The position numbers were made by a program, and so were the translations under genes. A stretch of DNA of 63,838 nt, filler included, from Choristocarpus tenellus KU-1152 (lineage: Eukaryota > Protista > Phaeophyceae), in the NCBI GenBank assembly GCA_964200185.2. It is 11 parts of 11 records of this genome, joined end to end, with 100 filler letters (N's around TTAATTAATTAA, not from the genome) between each part and the next. Parts side by side here need not be neighbours in the genome. Positions count along the whole stretch, not along the records: positions 9,541 to 15,265 come from CAXNAD020009903.1; positions 15,366 to 22,113 come from CAXNAD020007433.1; positions 22,214 to 27,000 come from CAXNAD020013057.1; 8 more parts are not named here. One strand, 5' to 3'. Positions 12,100-25,700 of the stretch are shown in pieces (position 1 is the first letter of the stretch; each line of letters begins with the position of its first letter). The notes below the pieces were generated by a model that did not search any database, had not been told where the DNA came from, and was given only the letters and a program-made list of their open reading frames with translations.

Positions 12100-14677
12100 C
12101 TCAACAGTGAGATCCTGCTGCAGCATCACTTTATCCAGCACCTCCTTCTTGATTGTCACCTTCACCTTGAGGCGTTTGCTGTGAGGCTCTATGTGTAACC
12201 CCCCCCCACCCAATGTATACACATATCCCAATGTGCATCAGTAAAAACATTTAACACAGGTGGTGTGTTGTGAGACACAGTAGTGGCAGAGAGGCTCAGG
12301 CATTGATAGCACTCATTGTGTGTCTGGGAGGGGATAAGAGAGGAATGCAAGACAAATTTGCACATGTGTTCACATAAACACACACACGGGCATACACAAC
12401 TGAAACTCACACACACAATTTGGCTACAAATCTTGTAGTTGTTGTGGCTCTATCACAACAATAATCAACTACTACACATTACGTATAAAATATATATATT
12501 CTTTGCGGTGACAACACTTCAAGTATTACATATTTTACCACGCACACAGTAATAGGTTACAATTGGCTGCAAATAATAATATATTCAAATCAGAAGAATT
12601 TAGGGACTTGGAGCGTCGTAGGGGGGGGAAGAAATGTAAAAAAATACACCAAGATGGTCAGGGTTAGGACTGCCATACATAATTCAACAAAAAGGCAAAA
12701 CTTCAGATGTACTCCAGGGCAGCACCATTGGCTGGTTGAAAAACATGATCGATCCAATGTCAGCGCATTCACAACACTCAGCTACTCTGTAGATCAGCAC
12801 ATGAGTTCGGTGAGCACAATGACACAGCCCTAGTACACAGCCCTAGCACATACACCACTCCGGACACACGTTCCCACATGTTACACTCGTCAACTCAAAT
12901 TGCTAAGAAGAAAGCCTTACCAATAATACTTACCATTGGACTTTCTAGAGTCAATGTATACTGCAAAATGTCAGCAGATTTCACAGGAACAAAACTGGAC
13001 CAATATCTTCTGCGACGACGACTGGACAATCAGAACGACTGAAGTCCTGCCCTCCTATGGCATACAAGGCTGGAGTGCCTTCTCTGCTGGAAGACTCTGA
13101 AGAGAATCAATGGCAGGGCAGCCAAAAGCTTCCTTTAAAACTTGACCTCACAAACTTGTATATAGAGACAAAAAACAACCTGAAAACAGTGCCTTTTCGT
13201 GGAAGCAGAGTTTCCTTCCCAGCAATAACTGCTGCATCATACTATTTTTGATGTATCCAGCAACCTAGGTTACTCTGTAAGAAAAAATTGCAAAACATTA
13301 TATTTTCTTACTCCTCTGTTGACTCCACCCCAAACCAAGTAAGTCAATTAGAAAGGTACAGGCAAAAAAACCTGGTCCCTCAGCCATGGTAGGCTGAGAG
13401 CTACAGGTGCACATCAATAATGAATGCTACAAAAAATAAATAAATGAGCCGCGGGTCTGAGAAAGGCTAGCTTCCTAGATTAAAAATAAGACAAGAAAAC
13501 AGATAGCCTGGAAGTGCAAAGAATCGTGTCTACATCAAGTATGTGCCACGAAAGGGACGTACAAATATAAATCTCCTCTATTCCTTCAATCCTCCAAGTA
13601 ATCTACCTGAGTCGGATAACAACAAACTGGTCGCATAGCCCTCCATTGTCATGGAAGAATTTGGTATGAGGTGAGGTGGTAAGAGAAGCTGAAATCGAAT
13701 CATGGACAATTATGATTGAACTCATGTGGTTCCCTTAAAAATATTCCAAAAGATCCATCAATATCAGGACTTACTGTCAAGATAGTACCTCATCATTTGG
13801 TCCAACCACTAGAATAAGCTCTTACTCAGCTGTACGAGCAGTGCTTCACCTCTTCCATCTAACTAATCTAACAGTGATAGATCCAGTCCTTAACAAAACT
13901 AGCACTTCCTTAAATCCTTCTTGCATTTTACCCCTTATTGCACATGCTCGTTCAATTTAGGTATCCCTATTTACTCACCTGTCCATATCCATCTAGCGTC
14001 CACCACGTCCTGCTTCATCAGCCCTGGTATTCGTTTCAAAACCAGGGCCAGGAATGGGGCCGACTCGGCCTCAAAGAAGGACCAGTGGTCGTTCTTCGTT
14101 AGCCAGCGCGAGCAGCGGCGGCACTGGGAGTGCAGTGAAGAAAAAATTGTAAATTTCTAAGCGGCATTGCGACATGGGTGTCTTGTGTAAGTGCGCCTTT
14201 GTGTATGTCAAGACCTTTTGAAGGACGAGCAAGCCCGGATCCGTGGATCCGAAGCACGCCAATTCAGATAGAAATGAGCATTCCCAAGGTACATGGGTGA
14301 AATTTTGAATCTGTTATGTTGTGGACTGCTCCATTTGGCACTTTTAGATGTAGGGACAGCTGCAGTATGCAGAAAGCGATATGGATAAAATCGATCGATA
14401 TTATGCTCTCAGCACTTACAATCAATTCCCGTACCATCTCAACTATCCACCAGTGACAGAAGCAAATACCTCCACCAGCATAGCCATGGGTTATACATAT
14501 ATTCACCTGTACACTTCGACTATCACTTGCCTGGATCATCTTCAGTCCAGTTCTTGGGATGCCCTCTGTCACATCCACCTCCTCCTGGAGACAAGGTCCG
14601 CACATATTGGCACCGTTGGGCTGGATAGAGCGGCCACACAGGCAGCACAAGATATTCGCAAGGGCTTGACGACCCAT
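12100..14677 (-). CDS. NMD3: 60S ribosomal export protein NMD3, 5' part; exons 14677-14531, 14123-13979, 12188-12100
   Basis: Spliced protein MGRQALANILCCLCGRSIQPNGANMCGPCLQEEVDVTEGI...IQCRRCSRW...ESAPFLALVLKRIPGL...DARWIWTEPHSKRLKVKVTIKKEV. The zinc knuckles and WTEPHSKR motif are diagnostic. Intron 1 has a GC donor. Confidence 0.95.
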
Positions 14678-14987
14678 TTCCGAAGTCGCATATACGATGG
14701 TTGCAAGTAATTCTTCGATTGCAAGTCGACAGATCAACTTCAAATGGATAGTGTAGAGACTGTTGGAGGAGAATCCAGAAAATAGAAATCAGAGGATTCA
14801 GGATGAAAACCTTTTTGGAGGGGGTAATACTTCTAGAATATAATATAATCATTAGGGAGAGAAAGAGAGTAAAAAAATAAAGATATTAGTAACCCACAAA
14901 TCCAAATAGTCTCACGAATTCTATATTATTATTTTTATTCTATGTTTGCATTCCACCCATTCCCCTCCTCATTGTAACACCACTTGT

Positions 14988-15265
14988 GACCAACCAGTGC
15001 GAACCCCTTCGCCACTGATTTCCAGTCACCCCCCTCCCCCCCTGCGATGACCAACCAATGCGAGAACCCCTTTCGCAATTAATTTCCAGCCACCGTCCAC
15101 TTTTGATGATCAACCAGTGCGACCCTCTTCGTCACTGATTTTCAGTCAGCCCCCCGATCCAATGACCAAAAAATGTGAACTCTTTTCGCCATTGATTTCC
15201 AACCACCCCCCACCTCTGATGACCAACCAGTGCAAACCCCCTTCGACACTGATTTCCTCTCACCC
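14988..15265. repeat. degenerate ~60-bp tandem repeat (GACCAACCAGTGCGAACCCCTTCGCCACTGATTTCCAG-C-rich), ~5 units, running into the contig end
   Basis: The unit recurs at about 14988, 15049, 15109, 15163 and 15221. Confidence 0.8.
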
Positions 15266-15365
15266 NNNNNNNNNNNNNNNNNNNNNNNNNNNNNNNNNNN
15301 NNNNNNNNNTTAATTAATTAANNNNNNNNNNNNNNNNNNNNNNNNNNNNNNNNNNNNNNNNNNNN
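15266..15365. other. artificial contig linker
   Basis: 44 N + TTAATTAATTAA + 44 N. Confidence 0.98.
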
Positions 15366-15852
15366 CTCCCTTTAGCAGTTCCTTGCACCTTTGATCAAAC
15401 CCCAATACCCCCTTTGCAATCGTGTTCACCCCCCCCCCCCCCCCCTTTCATTACCTCAGATTTACAGAAGAGGGTCTCTTGCCTACAATAGTGTCAACCG
15501 CATTTCTTGTTTGTGGGGTAGCATTGTCAATGTGGTAAGGGGTGTGGGAAAGAATGTGTATAGGGGAATTGAAATAATACAATATCTTGTCCAAAACGAA
15601 GTTGTTTTTTCCCTACATACCACCTTTTCTTCCAATTTGATTGGTACAATCAATCCAATTTGAAATTTTCTCAAATTTGACTTGGTGGTCAATCACTACA
15701 GAGTCACCCTCCATCTATACAGGCCTCTTATAGCATCCAAGACCAGAGCTAGCTTGCTGCTTTTTCCCACCCGTAGTACTGTTTCTTCTACTAGAAAAAG
15801 AAGACACAGATTTCTGAAACGTCTTGTTGCCCTTAAATGTGAACATATTAAG

Positions 15853-18800
15853 GTGTGGAGATGCTCTCATGGATGTCACAGTTGCTGAGTTCGGAAAAAA
15901 ATGTAGGAGGCTTCAGAGAGTAAACCTATCTTACTGCAATAGCTTCGGGACGCATGGAATTGTTGAGCTGTGCACCCATTGTCCGGAGCTAACCAGGCTT
16001 GACCTGTGTGAGTGCAAGGGAATCGAGGATACAGCTCTGGCTTGCTTCCATGAGCACAGGATGTCCGCCTTGATCCAGGTTGTGGTCTGGATGTTGAGGT
16101 CGATGGTTTGCACTAGAGTGCAAGCTTTTTCATTCTTGCAACACCCTTGTATTGAAACAGTTGTGATAACAATTTGCATTGACTTCAAAGTCTTGACTGT
16201 CTCTGGACCACTTGCTACTGGTTAATCTGAAACAAATTGATGAAGTTTGGATTTTCATAACAGGATGCTAATGCGGAGGCTCAGGGATTAGTAAGAATGA
16301 CAAATCGAACCAATGAGATATGTCTTCCATCAAACTCCTTCTGTCTTAATGTGCTTGCAACTGATTACAGTTCTAAACAATACTCCTGTGGAGCTCAACA
16401 GGTGAATCTCATGAATTGCTGCAACATCACCGGTGTTGGTGTGCAGTGGCTAGCTGATGGGTGTCCCAACCTAATCTCCCTGAATGTCAAGGGAACCAAG
16501 GCAAACCTCACCACTCTAAACATCATCAGCGAGAGATACCCTTACAGTCGAATAAAGGTATTGCTGAAATTGGAGGGCTTAACTTGGCAATTGCAGTTAC
16601 TTGGAGGGATGTGGAGAGGTAAACCCACATGGGTGTTGGAAACAAGGAAAGCAGGCTCTTGTATATAATATGAACGCAAACAATAGCACATATTTCCAAG
16701 CAGCCTTGTTCAACACTCTAATAAAACAGAACAACATATGCCCCCTTAGGTAGGCAAGAAATTCTTAGGGCTTTCCCCTCTAAATCGTATGCGTGAGAGG
16801 AAGTTCATCAGGGAATATTTCATGATCTACAAGAGTGCATCCAAAATTCAGAGTTGCTACAGGTGAGAAAGGTATTCGGGTGAAGCGAGGAGAAAGAATA
16901 CCACTTGGTAATCCTGGACAAGGAAAACGTGGTATCATGGTATCTGCTATTGACAAACCTAACCAATCTGACCCTTTCCTTGTGGGACATCTTGTAGGGC
17001 AATGGAGGCAAAGGAGGTGGTTAAGCAGCGCCGCCGTTGCATTGCTGAATTACGTGCAGCTCAAACAATATTTCGTGCTTGGACAAGGCACCAAGGACAG
17101 GCATACCTGAAGGTGTGACCATGTACCAACCAGATCAACAGATACATTTCCGCACCAGAAGAGGGCCTTGTTACCTCTTTCCTGGATCTAGAAACAACTT
17201 TTTTACTTCTTCACCAAACTTTCTCCTTATCACTTCAGGTAGTGCAAAAGGTATTCAGTTTTAGGACCAATGCAGATTGAAAATTTGAATGATCAATCGG
17301 CCATCTTACCATCAAAGGCATTTGAGTAGATATGACTAAGTGCAGATAAGGAACTAAGATTGTAAAGGAAGCAATAGAGAAGAAGGATGCTTTTCTTCTA
17401 AGTTAGTGTCTTCATGTTGGTTAGTATAGTCTTCATTGTATGATTAAGGTGCAGCAATTCCTGAAACTTCACTTTTATGGCATAGTGCATTTCTCCAGAG
17501 TACATCTGGAATATGAGGCAGCAATATGTAGGAAAGATGCAATGCATAGCCAAACGAATATCAAGGATACTGGAGAAAACTACATGGTTAAGTCGTTCTG
17601 TATCAAATATATCACTCAGATAATAGCCAATTTTGCATATTACTCATCTTCTCACAAGGATTGGGCTCAGACAACTCATTTGCAACGGTCACTTGTTGCA
17701 TACTGCTGTGACCTCCTTATTAAGACCTGAAAGATTTTAACCTTGTAGGGTGCTGAGTACAGGACCAACTAACAGTTGGTGTGCTCTTTTGGCACTTCAT
17801 AAGAAATGCACTTAACACACTCTCTTCATTTTAACTACATGCGTCTTTACTTTGCACACATATCTGCAAAGCAAATTTGTAAACGCTTGCCAAACAGGTA
17901 TATGGTGTACTGCACGTAGGGGATATAATCACATTTGATACCAACAATATTATCTGTCACATTTCTATCTGCCAGATTTTTCCCAAACATAGAAAAATGC
18001 AGTTTCTACTGTAATAAACATTTTTGGGTAGACAGAGAGTGATTGAAACAGATGCTCCAATGCCCGGTCCTGAATGAGTCAATAGTGCTAGTGCCTTTGC
18101 CTGCACCTGTTTAAGATATAAGTAAAATGCTAGAGATGGTTGACACACATTCTACATGGAATTGGATATGTTATCATTAATGGGTCAAAAATGTTGACAC
18201 CAGCACAAAACCAGTCATTCGAGTAGGGTGGAGGGTTGAAGGTTGACATTGAAGGATTGGAGGTTCGGTTTTGAATCAGATGTGACTGTCAAGTTCTACA
18301 TAGATTAAGGGACTTAACTTTATCTAGTACCTGCATGGAAATAAGTTATTGGGTTTAAGGGGTGGTTGGATGTTTGGGAAGTCAGGTTGAAGTTGTGGTT
18401 AGATGATGTGATTAAGAAAAGGTTGTTGCATTTCCAAAGTTGTTGGGTGATTTTCCTTACATGTGTTGTTTCTGAAGGGTCATTTAATGGAATTTCTTCT
18501 GCAATGAGTTGTAGAATGCACAGGTGAGTGCAGTGAGGCAGAATAGACACACAACACCATAGTTCCACATTCAAACATTCCGCCCTACTTTCTTGATCTC
18601 TTGTATTTGATATCTGATTTGTGACTCCTTTAGAGAGGACATATCCACTTCCATATAGGTCAACATTCCCATTTTTTTTTCATTGGAAACTGTACTTTTT
18701 TTAATGTTAGGTTCTTAGATTGTTAGGGCACTGAAGCGAGGCAGCTCACTGCTCTGTTTGAACTTCTTTTGAGAAGTATTTCTACTCCAACATTATGTTG

Positions 18801-21538
18801 GGTTAGGCTAATTATTGAAATTGTAGCCAAAGTCCCATTACTCCCACATACCAGCAAGAACGTACCAAAATATTTCCATAATACTAGATATTCGAATAAG
18901 AGATAGATTTAATTTTTTTTGTTATTATCTTCACCTAATGCAGTCCGCATCTCTATCCTCAATAGGCTCTCCGACGTCTGCAAGGTGTAAAGCAACAGGC
19001 TGCTATTACCATACAGAAAATATGGCGGCAAGCCATTGCCTGCATGATGTTGGCAAGGCGAAGACTGGAGTGCTATCAGCAACTACTTTGTCGGCGAGCT
19101 ACTGATATTCAGCGGGTGTACAGGGGTCTAATTGGAAAGCGGAAAGCGGAAGAGAGGGCTGCCTCTGTAGCACGGATGCAGAAAAAAAAAAATGCATCGG
19201 CGCTGTTGCTTCAGCGAATCTTTCGTGGGCACAGGTCTGTGACTTGAGACAACAAGAACATGCATGCAAGGAAAAAGGCTGTGATGTTCTGTTTGAGGCT
19301 CTGTCACCTGCCCTTCAAATTATGTATGCTCATCACCACACACAGAACACAGAGTCCATCCCTTTCCTGTTGTTAGAGCGTAGTTACATGCTTCTTCTGT
19401 AAACTCTCATTTTATCAACTAGCTCTCCCAAAGACAACTCTGACAAACAGGGCACGTTATCTTTTAACGCCATTGCACCTCCACAACATGACATTATCAC
19501 GATTTTGAAGGAATGTAATCTACACAACATAAATACAACTGTTTCATAACCTTACTTAAGTCTGCATACTTCATCACTCTCAAAACCACAACATTGACCT
19601 TGTAAAAACAATTTCTCCTATGTCAACATTCTAGACTCGTGCATTCAGATAATTAGAGATAAGGTTGCACAGAAAAATCCTGAGAGAAAATGGATTATCC
19701 TGACATGTTGGCAACTTCTAGTACCAATCCTGACATTATTTGCGGTAAGAAACATTGCTTACAATTATACCTCTTCACAGAAAAATAGACTTAGTTCGAC
19801 CTCAATTCTCATCAACAATCACCTCTTTTTTGTTAATGTGGGCTTCCTAAAATAAACGTCATGTTTAAAATAACAATCTAGCAGAAGTATCAATAAGATT
19901 CCGTTACTCAAGCAACAACACCTTAACATAACTCACAAAATGATGCAGGGCTAAGGTTGAGTACAAGGTGATGCTTGAAGCATCAATAAAGCTGGCATTG
20001 AGGCGCGAGATGGGAGCCCGGGCCGTTCAGCAGATATACAGGTCTTACCATGCCCGTCAGCAACTAGATTGCTTGAAGAAACTCTTTGAGGAGGAAAGGA
20101 GGAAAGAGGTGGCAATGGTCAAGATCATCCAAAGAGATTATCGTGTCTGGCGTCTCCGGTGAGGTGCAATTGGTTGCAGAGGCTTCTGCTTGAGTTGTTC
20201 TAACCAAACGCCTTTGGACTAGTGGAGGCAGGGAGAATCAGATATTACGACTTTGAAGTGTATTGACACTCAACAGTAACAGCTAATATTTAATCTTGTA
20301 CTGTCATAGTTTTAGAACTAATAGATGCTAGAACTCAGTGCCACTATTGCGGCTAGGGATAGTAGTGCAGCTGGGGATAGGATTGGCATTGAGGCTAGGA
20401 TAGCATTCTTATACTAAGCTCCTGCAGCTGAAAGCTTAACATGTAACAGCATAATAATGGCGGCCTGCATCCCAAGGTGGATTGTGCTAGTAGTTAGCAT
20501 CTTTGATACAAGGTTCTCGATGATCTGTTCCTGAAAGTAGAACTGCCCATACTATCTTCAAGCACAGGGTACCCAATAAACTAGCTCGAACTGGGTATAC
20601 TGTGTTTGACTTGAAGGCCGATGTAATTTCACCTCTTCTGTGTCTTGTTCCAGGTATTGCATTAGAGAGAAGTGTGCTGAAAAACGAACTAAACACGCCG
20701 CAGCAACTGTAGTTCAAAGGCACTATCGGGGGACTTTTGCCAGGGTTACCTTTGCTCATCTCAAGACTGAATGGCAGGTATGCATAATATCATAGCCAAG
20801 TCCAGGTGAATATTTTCCTGTACAGTAACCGATCATTCAAACGGAATGCATAGATTAGTTCGTAGAGCTTAGCATAGCAAAGTTGGTTATTGTTGATCCG
20901 TAGTCATCTTTCAAGAAAATATTGTATTCTATTTCAATTTAGTGAAGTGAGGTAGAAGAACAGATTTGACAAGCATGTTATCTCTAACTCAGCTGTAGAG
21001 AGGCAAAGCTATAAGCAGCAACATCTAGTTGAAGGTACTTCCTCTTGCTCACATAGGACCAAAGTATCTAAGAGGGTAGGCCCATGTCTGTTCGGGGTCA
21101 TAAATCCAATGTTGAGATTATTGATGGATTTTGGCTATTGTGTTAGCAAGTGTCAACATCCTTGCTCCGGACACACACCTTTCATAGTCGTATAGATTTT
21201 ACCTACTCCAAAATGTTTCTGTGTTCACGCAGAAAACCGAAAAAGGGAATCAAAACCCGTGGGAAGTCAAGCCCCTAACGGACAAACAGGGCAAAACTCC
21301 TACCCTCTTAAATGCTTTGGGTCCATATTTTTCAGCAATCTGTTGCTCTACTCAAATACTTTGATTAACATTCATCTGTCGACCCCTACATGAACAGGGA
21401 AAGAGAGAAGAAGTAGCTGCTGTGCAAATTCAGTGTTGGTATCGAGTACTAACAAGCCATGCACTCCTGAGCCAGATGTTGAGTATGAAAGCACAGACTC
21501 AGCTGGTGGAATATCAAGCAGCCAGAACAATCCAGCAG
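15853..21538 (+). CDS. cysteine-containing (FBXL/AMN1-type) LRR + multiple IQ-motif protein, internal part; exons 15853-16078, 16402-16557, 16750-16862, 16998-17112, 18966-19234, 19949-20158, 20654-20777, 21398-21538 (possibly further exons near 17500)
   Basis: LRRs LQRVNLSYC, LTRLDLCECKGIED, VNLMNCCNITG, CPNLISLNVKG. IQ motifs ASKIQSCYR, AITIQKIWR, ATDIQRVYRG, ALLLQRIFRG, VKIIQRDYR, ATVVQRHYRG, AVQIQCWYR. GT-AG sites are phase-consistent. Confidence 0.85.
21056..21323 (+). mobile_element. MITE family A variant, intronic
   Basis: Termini GGACCAAAGTATCTAAGAGGGTA / TACCCTCTTAAATGCTTTGGGTC. TSD CATA. Confidence 0.85.
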
Positions 21539-21938
21539 GTGCGAGAGAACTGCTTGAATCAAGGTGTGTGCGATCAATGTAGGGATGCAAGAATTCACAT
21601 TAGATGATATTCAATTGTTGTTTGTCTCCATGTGTAGGAAAACACTCCCCCATGAAGGAACAAGTCAACTGGAGAATATCATATAATGTGAATATATTAC
21701 AATGAAGAAAGAGGTTTGGAAGTAGAGATCTCTTGTCCTCGTCTGCAGCACAGATCTGGATTTTAAACAAGCACTGTGTTAGCCTTTTCACTTACCAACA
21801 GAAATTCAACACACTCATTAAGCACCATGCATTTACACCTACTATTCTGAATTTCATTTAATCAAGAAGCATAATTTTCTCAAAGATAGTATCCAGACCA
21901 TACCCTTGTATTCCTAAACAATTACACTTGATCATTTT

Positions 21939-22113
21939 GGTTCGTAGTATCTGGGGGGGGTAGCGACTGTCCATTTCGGTTCCAACTTTTCATGTCACGT
22001 TTTTTGGGTGATTTGGTTGCATACATCGAATGGATGATGTAAATGCACTTTTCCTGATTTTGGTGTAAATGGACACCCTGGTGTAGCCCCCCCACCCCCC
22101 CCCTATACGTTGG
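21939..22113 (+). mobile_element. MITE family B copy, ends at contig break
   Basis: Similar along its length to 10954-11142. Confidence 0.85.
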
Positions 22114-22213
22114 NNNNNNNNNNNNNNNNNNNNNNNNNNNNNNNNNNNNNNNNNNNNTTAATTAATTAANNNNNNNNNNNNNNNNNNNNNNNNNNNNNNN
22201 NNNNNNNNNNNNN
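22114..22213. other. artificial contig linker
   Basis: 44 N + TTAATTAATTAA + 44 N. Confidence 0.98.
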
Positions 22214-22529
22214 CCCCCGAGGGAAGCCAAGTCCCAAATGGACAAACAGGGCAAAACTCGTACCCTCTAAGATACTTTCACTCGATAGTCAAAATTACAT
22301 CAAAATCGGAACAATGGATTTTGACCCCCAAATGGACGCGGCTCTACCCTCTAAGATACTTTGGCTCAGTGTCAATATCCTTGTTCCGGACACACCTTTT
22401 CATGACGTATGCATTTTACCTACTGCGAAAATATTTTGGAGTGGGAAAATGTCATAAAAAACCCGAGGGAAGCCAAGCCCCAAATGGACAAACAGGGCAA
22501 AACTCGTACCCTCTAAGATACTTTCACTC
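22214..22529. mobile_element. three nested MITE family A partial copies (+ to 22283, - 22284-22367, + 22368-22529)
   Basis: Three consecutive TACCCTCTAAGATACTTT termini, each abutting internal sequence of another copy. Confidence 0.85.
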
Positions 22530-22760
22530 TGATCGCCTGATGACTCTTCTGATGTACGAAGTTGTTGCCGAGTTCCTTTGTTTGGTTCATCTTCAGTCAG
22601 TCCATTCAAGATCTTTTCGTTGTTGATCTTTTTTAGCCCCCGTGGTCTTTCTATCCACAGCAACATGTGGCTCAGTAGTGCATGCCGCGTGTGTCCCGCG
22701 ACCGCTTCCCACCTACCCCTTGTCCCATTCGCCCACTACACCATGGGACCACGCTTATAG

Positions 22761-25700
22761 CATTCAACAATGCGACCAAGGGTGTGGATGAGCGCACGCT
22801 GTACGATAAGATATTTTTTCAGCACAAGCTCCAAGAAGCTACCAAGTGACAGATGAAGAAAAAAGAAGTGTCACTAGTAGAGATCCGCAAAATGTACAAA
22901 AAGGTGAGGGATTTGTCGTTGTCAACGTTGGTGGGATGGTGGCGCTCTATTCCTCCTCTAGTTGCGTTAGAGCTGTTTTGAAATCTCTCCATGTCCTCCT
23001 ATTCAACCTAAGTCGAGATAGTTATCCCGCATTTAGGAACCATGTCAACCAACTTATTGTTTTTCGGGTGACCATGTAGTATGTATGTGTGGTTAACCAC
23101 AGACGAATAATAAAAAGCGTCCTTGTTTGTTTTATCGACGGTGTTGCCTGAACCCCCCCCCCAAACACTCATACATACCCCGTTGGCGTGGTAATAAGGA
23201 TGCCTCATCCTCCCTGGCTGGGTGCATAATATTTTCCGTTTTCTGCCCATCGCGAAGGTGGGCGTTCCTCCCCCGGTGAAATCAACTCTACGAAACTGGC
23301 AGCAAGGCGTAAAGTCCCTTCGACCAGAGTCCTTCGAGGTACTGAAGGAAGTGTGTGAGACCTCGTCACCACTGGTCGACCGCAACGCAGTCACACTGAA
23401 CTATCCGAGTCGCGAGGAGTTTGCTGGCTTCACTTCTCTCAAGCAGGGGCTATGCATCCATCTGCTTGCTAGGCAAGTCAAACCGCCACCGTGTTTTATC
23501 GTGTAGACAGCAGTAAGCGCAATTTGTGCAGGTCGCAGCACATTGCACAGGAGCATTAAATAAGTGTCTCCTACGATGAAGAATGTAGTCGGTCATTGTT
23601 GTGTCGAACAAAAACCCTTCGTAATATTGTGGAGATTCTACAGTGTGTGTTTCCTGTGTATGTGCGCTCTTGTCTTTTCTGAACTACGACAATCGATCCA
23701 TGAATATTTGCTGTAGTGGCGACCCTTTCCTCATCATTACCTGCACATCGTTCTCATTGACGTCCTTCATGACCATTCTCTTTTTGCAGGTACAAGTTGT
23801 TCAACGGGAAGGTTCCTACGGCGAGGGACTACAAGGACATCGAATCGGACGCACACATGTCTGAGATGGTTGTCTCGCACACCAGGCAGATTGTGCCCAA
23901 GGAGAAGTAGACACCATAGCTCCAAAGGTTGGTGAATGGTGCAGTTGCAGCGGCTATCTTTTTTTGCCTTTTCAGTATCTTCTGTGCACCCATACGTCGC
24001 CATGCGCCCCTTGTTTGTAAAATATACTGTCAGCGTCTTTTTCGGCACCGCACTTGTTGGTTGTTGCAAAACTGCTCTGAATTTCGGACGTTACGTGAAT
24101 GTGGCATTGGCTGCCAGGGAAATGGACAGGCTCACATATGAGAAGTGCAATATGCACGACCTCTGGGTCAAGCCCCACTACGAGGAGAGGAATAGGGAGG
24201 TGACCCTACTTCTGCAGAAGGTTTCATCTGGCGACCAACAAGCGGGGCCCGTCCGGCAGCTGAGGGCAAATATCTCGACAGTAGTCGGAATGAAACCTCT
24301 GCAACGGGTCAGAGCCGTGAGTGTGTCTCCTGTGTTCGTAATTACAGCTGAAATGGCTTGTGCAAAAACAATTAGTTGACGCTTGGTAGGATTGGTGATG
24401 GGTCTTCATCATCATCATGAACGACAGAGTTGCCTTCCCTACAACAAACGATGCTGTTTTGTCGGTTCTAGTCTTTCGTTGCTAATAGCGGGAATAACCA
24501 ATCGTTTCCTTCAACTGTAGACAACGATCTTGGTCAATCTCCACCTCGTTTCTGCCTCCAACACGTGTCACTGTCGTAACCTACAGACAGGCTGGCGTCT
24601 TCGACATAGACTTCTTTCAAACTATTTCGCCCCGCAAGCCGCCTCCATTAAACATGTTCACCACGTCAACCGTATCGTTTGCTCGGTTCGATTGACATGC
24701 TATCATACTTCCATTACACTCTCCCATTTTTGACGTCACCATCGTCCCCTCCTCTCCTCCACAACGTCCTTCGCTGTGTCCACCACCAGATGCTCGAGAA
24801 GGACTCGACTCTACGCGCTTACCTCACCACCTGGGATGGGAAATACCAGGATGTCCTCAACCAGGTCAACCTCCACCGGGTTCACAGCAGGCGGGGCTGT
24901 GATGGCGGTGGCGCAGACGTTGAGAGCAACAACGGATCGGCATCAGATGGCCAATGAGAAAGAAGACGAGGGAGGGTGCGAACACAAAGGTGGGGATGGA
25001 GACGAGGGAGGGAACGAACACAAAGGAGGGGACGAAGACGAGGGAGGGGACGGACTGCCAGACAGGGAGGATACGGGTGAAGGGGGTTCTGTCAGCAGCA
25101 TTCCTGGTGCGGGAGAAGAACAAAACGGCCATGGAGGGTGGGACGCGGGGGTTTGCTGTACTGAATGCAATCCTCCACCTGCGTCTCGGTGAGTAATGTA
25201 ATTGTAACGGTGCACACGGGGATGGCGGGTAATTAATGGCGTAAAATTGTTTTCCACCCAATCCCCCGAACGGTTAACTAGGTTGTCTCTTTTCAGCGGT
25301 GCACGCCATTAAACCGGTGGAGCTTGCGGGGTCCCTCTGTGTGTGGTGCTGCGGTCGCTACCCCCACATCTCTTTATTTGCCACAGTCCGATTGTGTGTT
25401 AATGCATGTACATCACCGACTGTTGTATCTCACCTGTACTGTTTTGCACCGCCAATTTCGTGGTCCTTCGTAACCGTGGATCCCCGCGTTGCGTTGTTGT
25501 GCCCAATTAATGACTTGGAAAAATACTATCCTGTCTGTTTAACGCTCTCGTTCGATGACACGCGCGACAGGTATTCATGCCCAAAGTGCTCCATCACGCA
25601 TATGGGCGAATGTGCCTATGTGGAGATTGTAGACAACGAGAGGCACAAGTATCGATTATGTATCAATTGCCCCATGGCACAGGAGGGCAGTGAAGGGTCT

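Noticed and set aside
10340-15265. Tandem arrays as CRISPR-like loci
   Set aside because: No unique spacers of regular length between identical repeats, no cas genes, and a eukaryotic context.
22847-23919. In-frame TGA/TAG as stop-codon reassignment or selenocysteine
   Set aside because: They co-occur with frameshifts in the same gene, and conserved genes in the window (NMD3, Aurora, lipase) have no in-frame stops.
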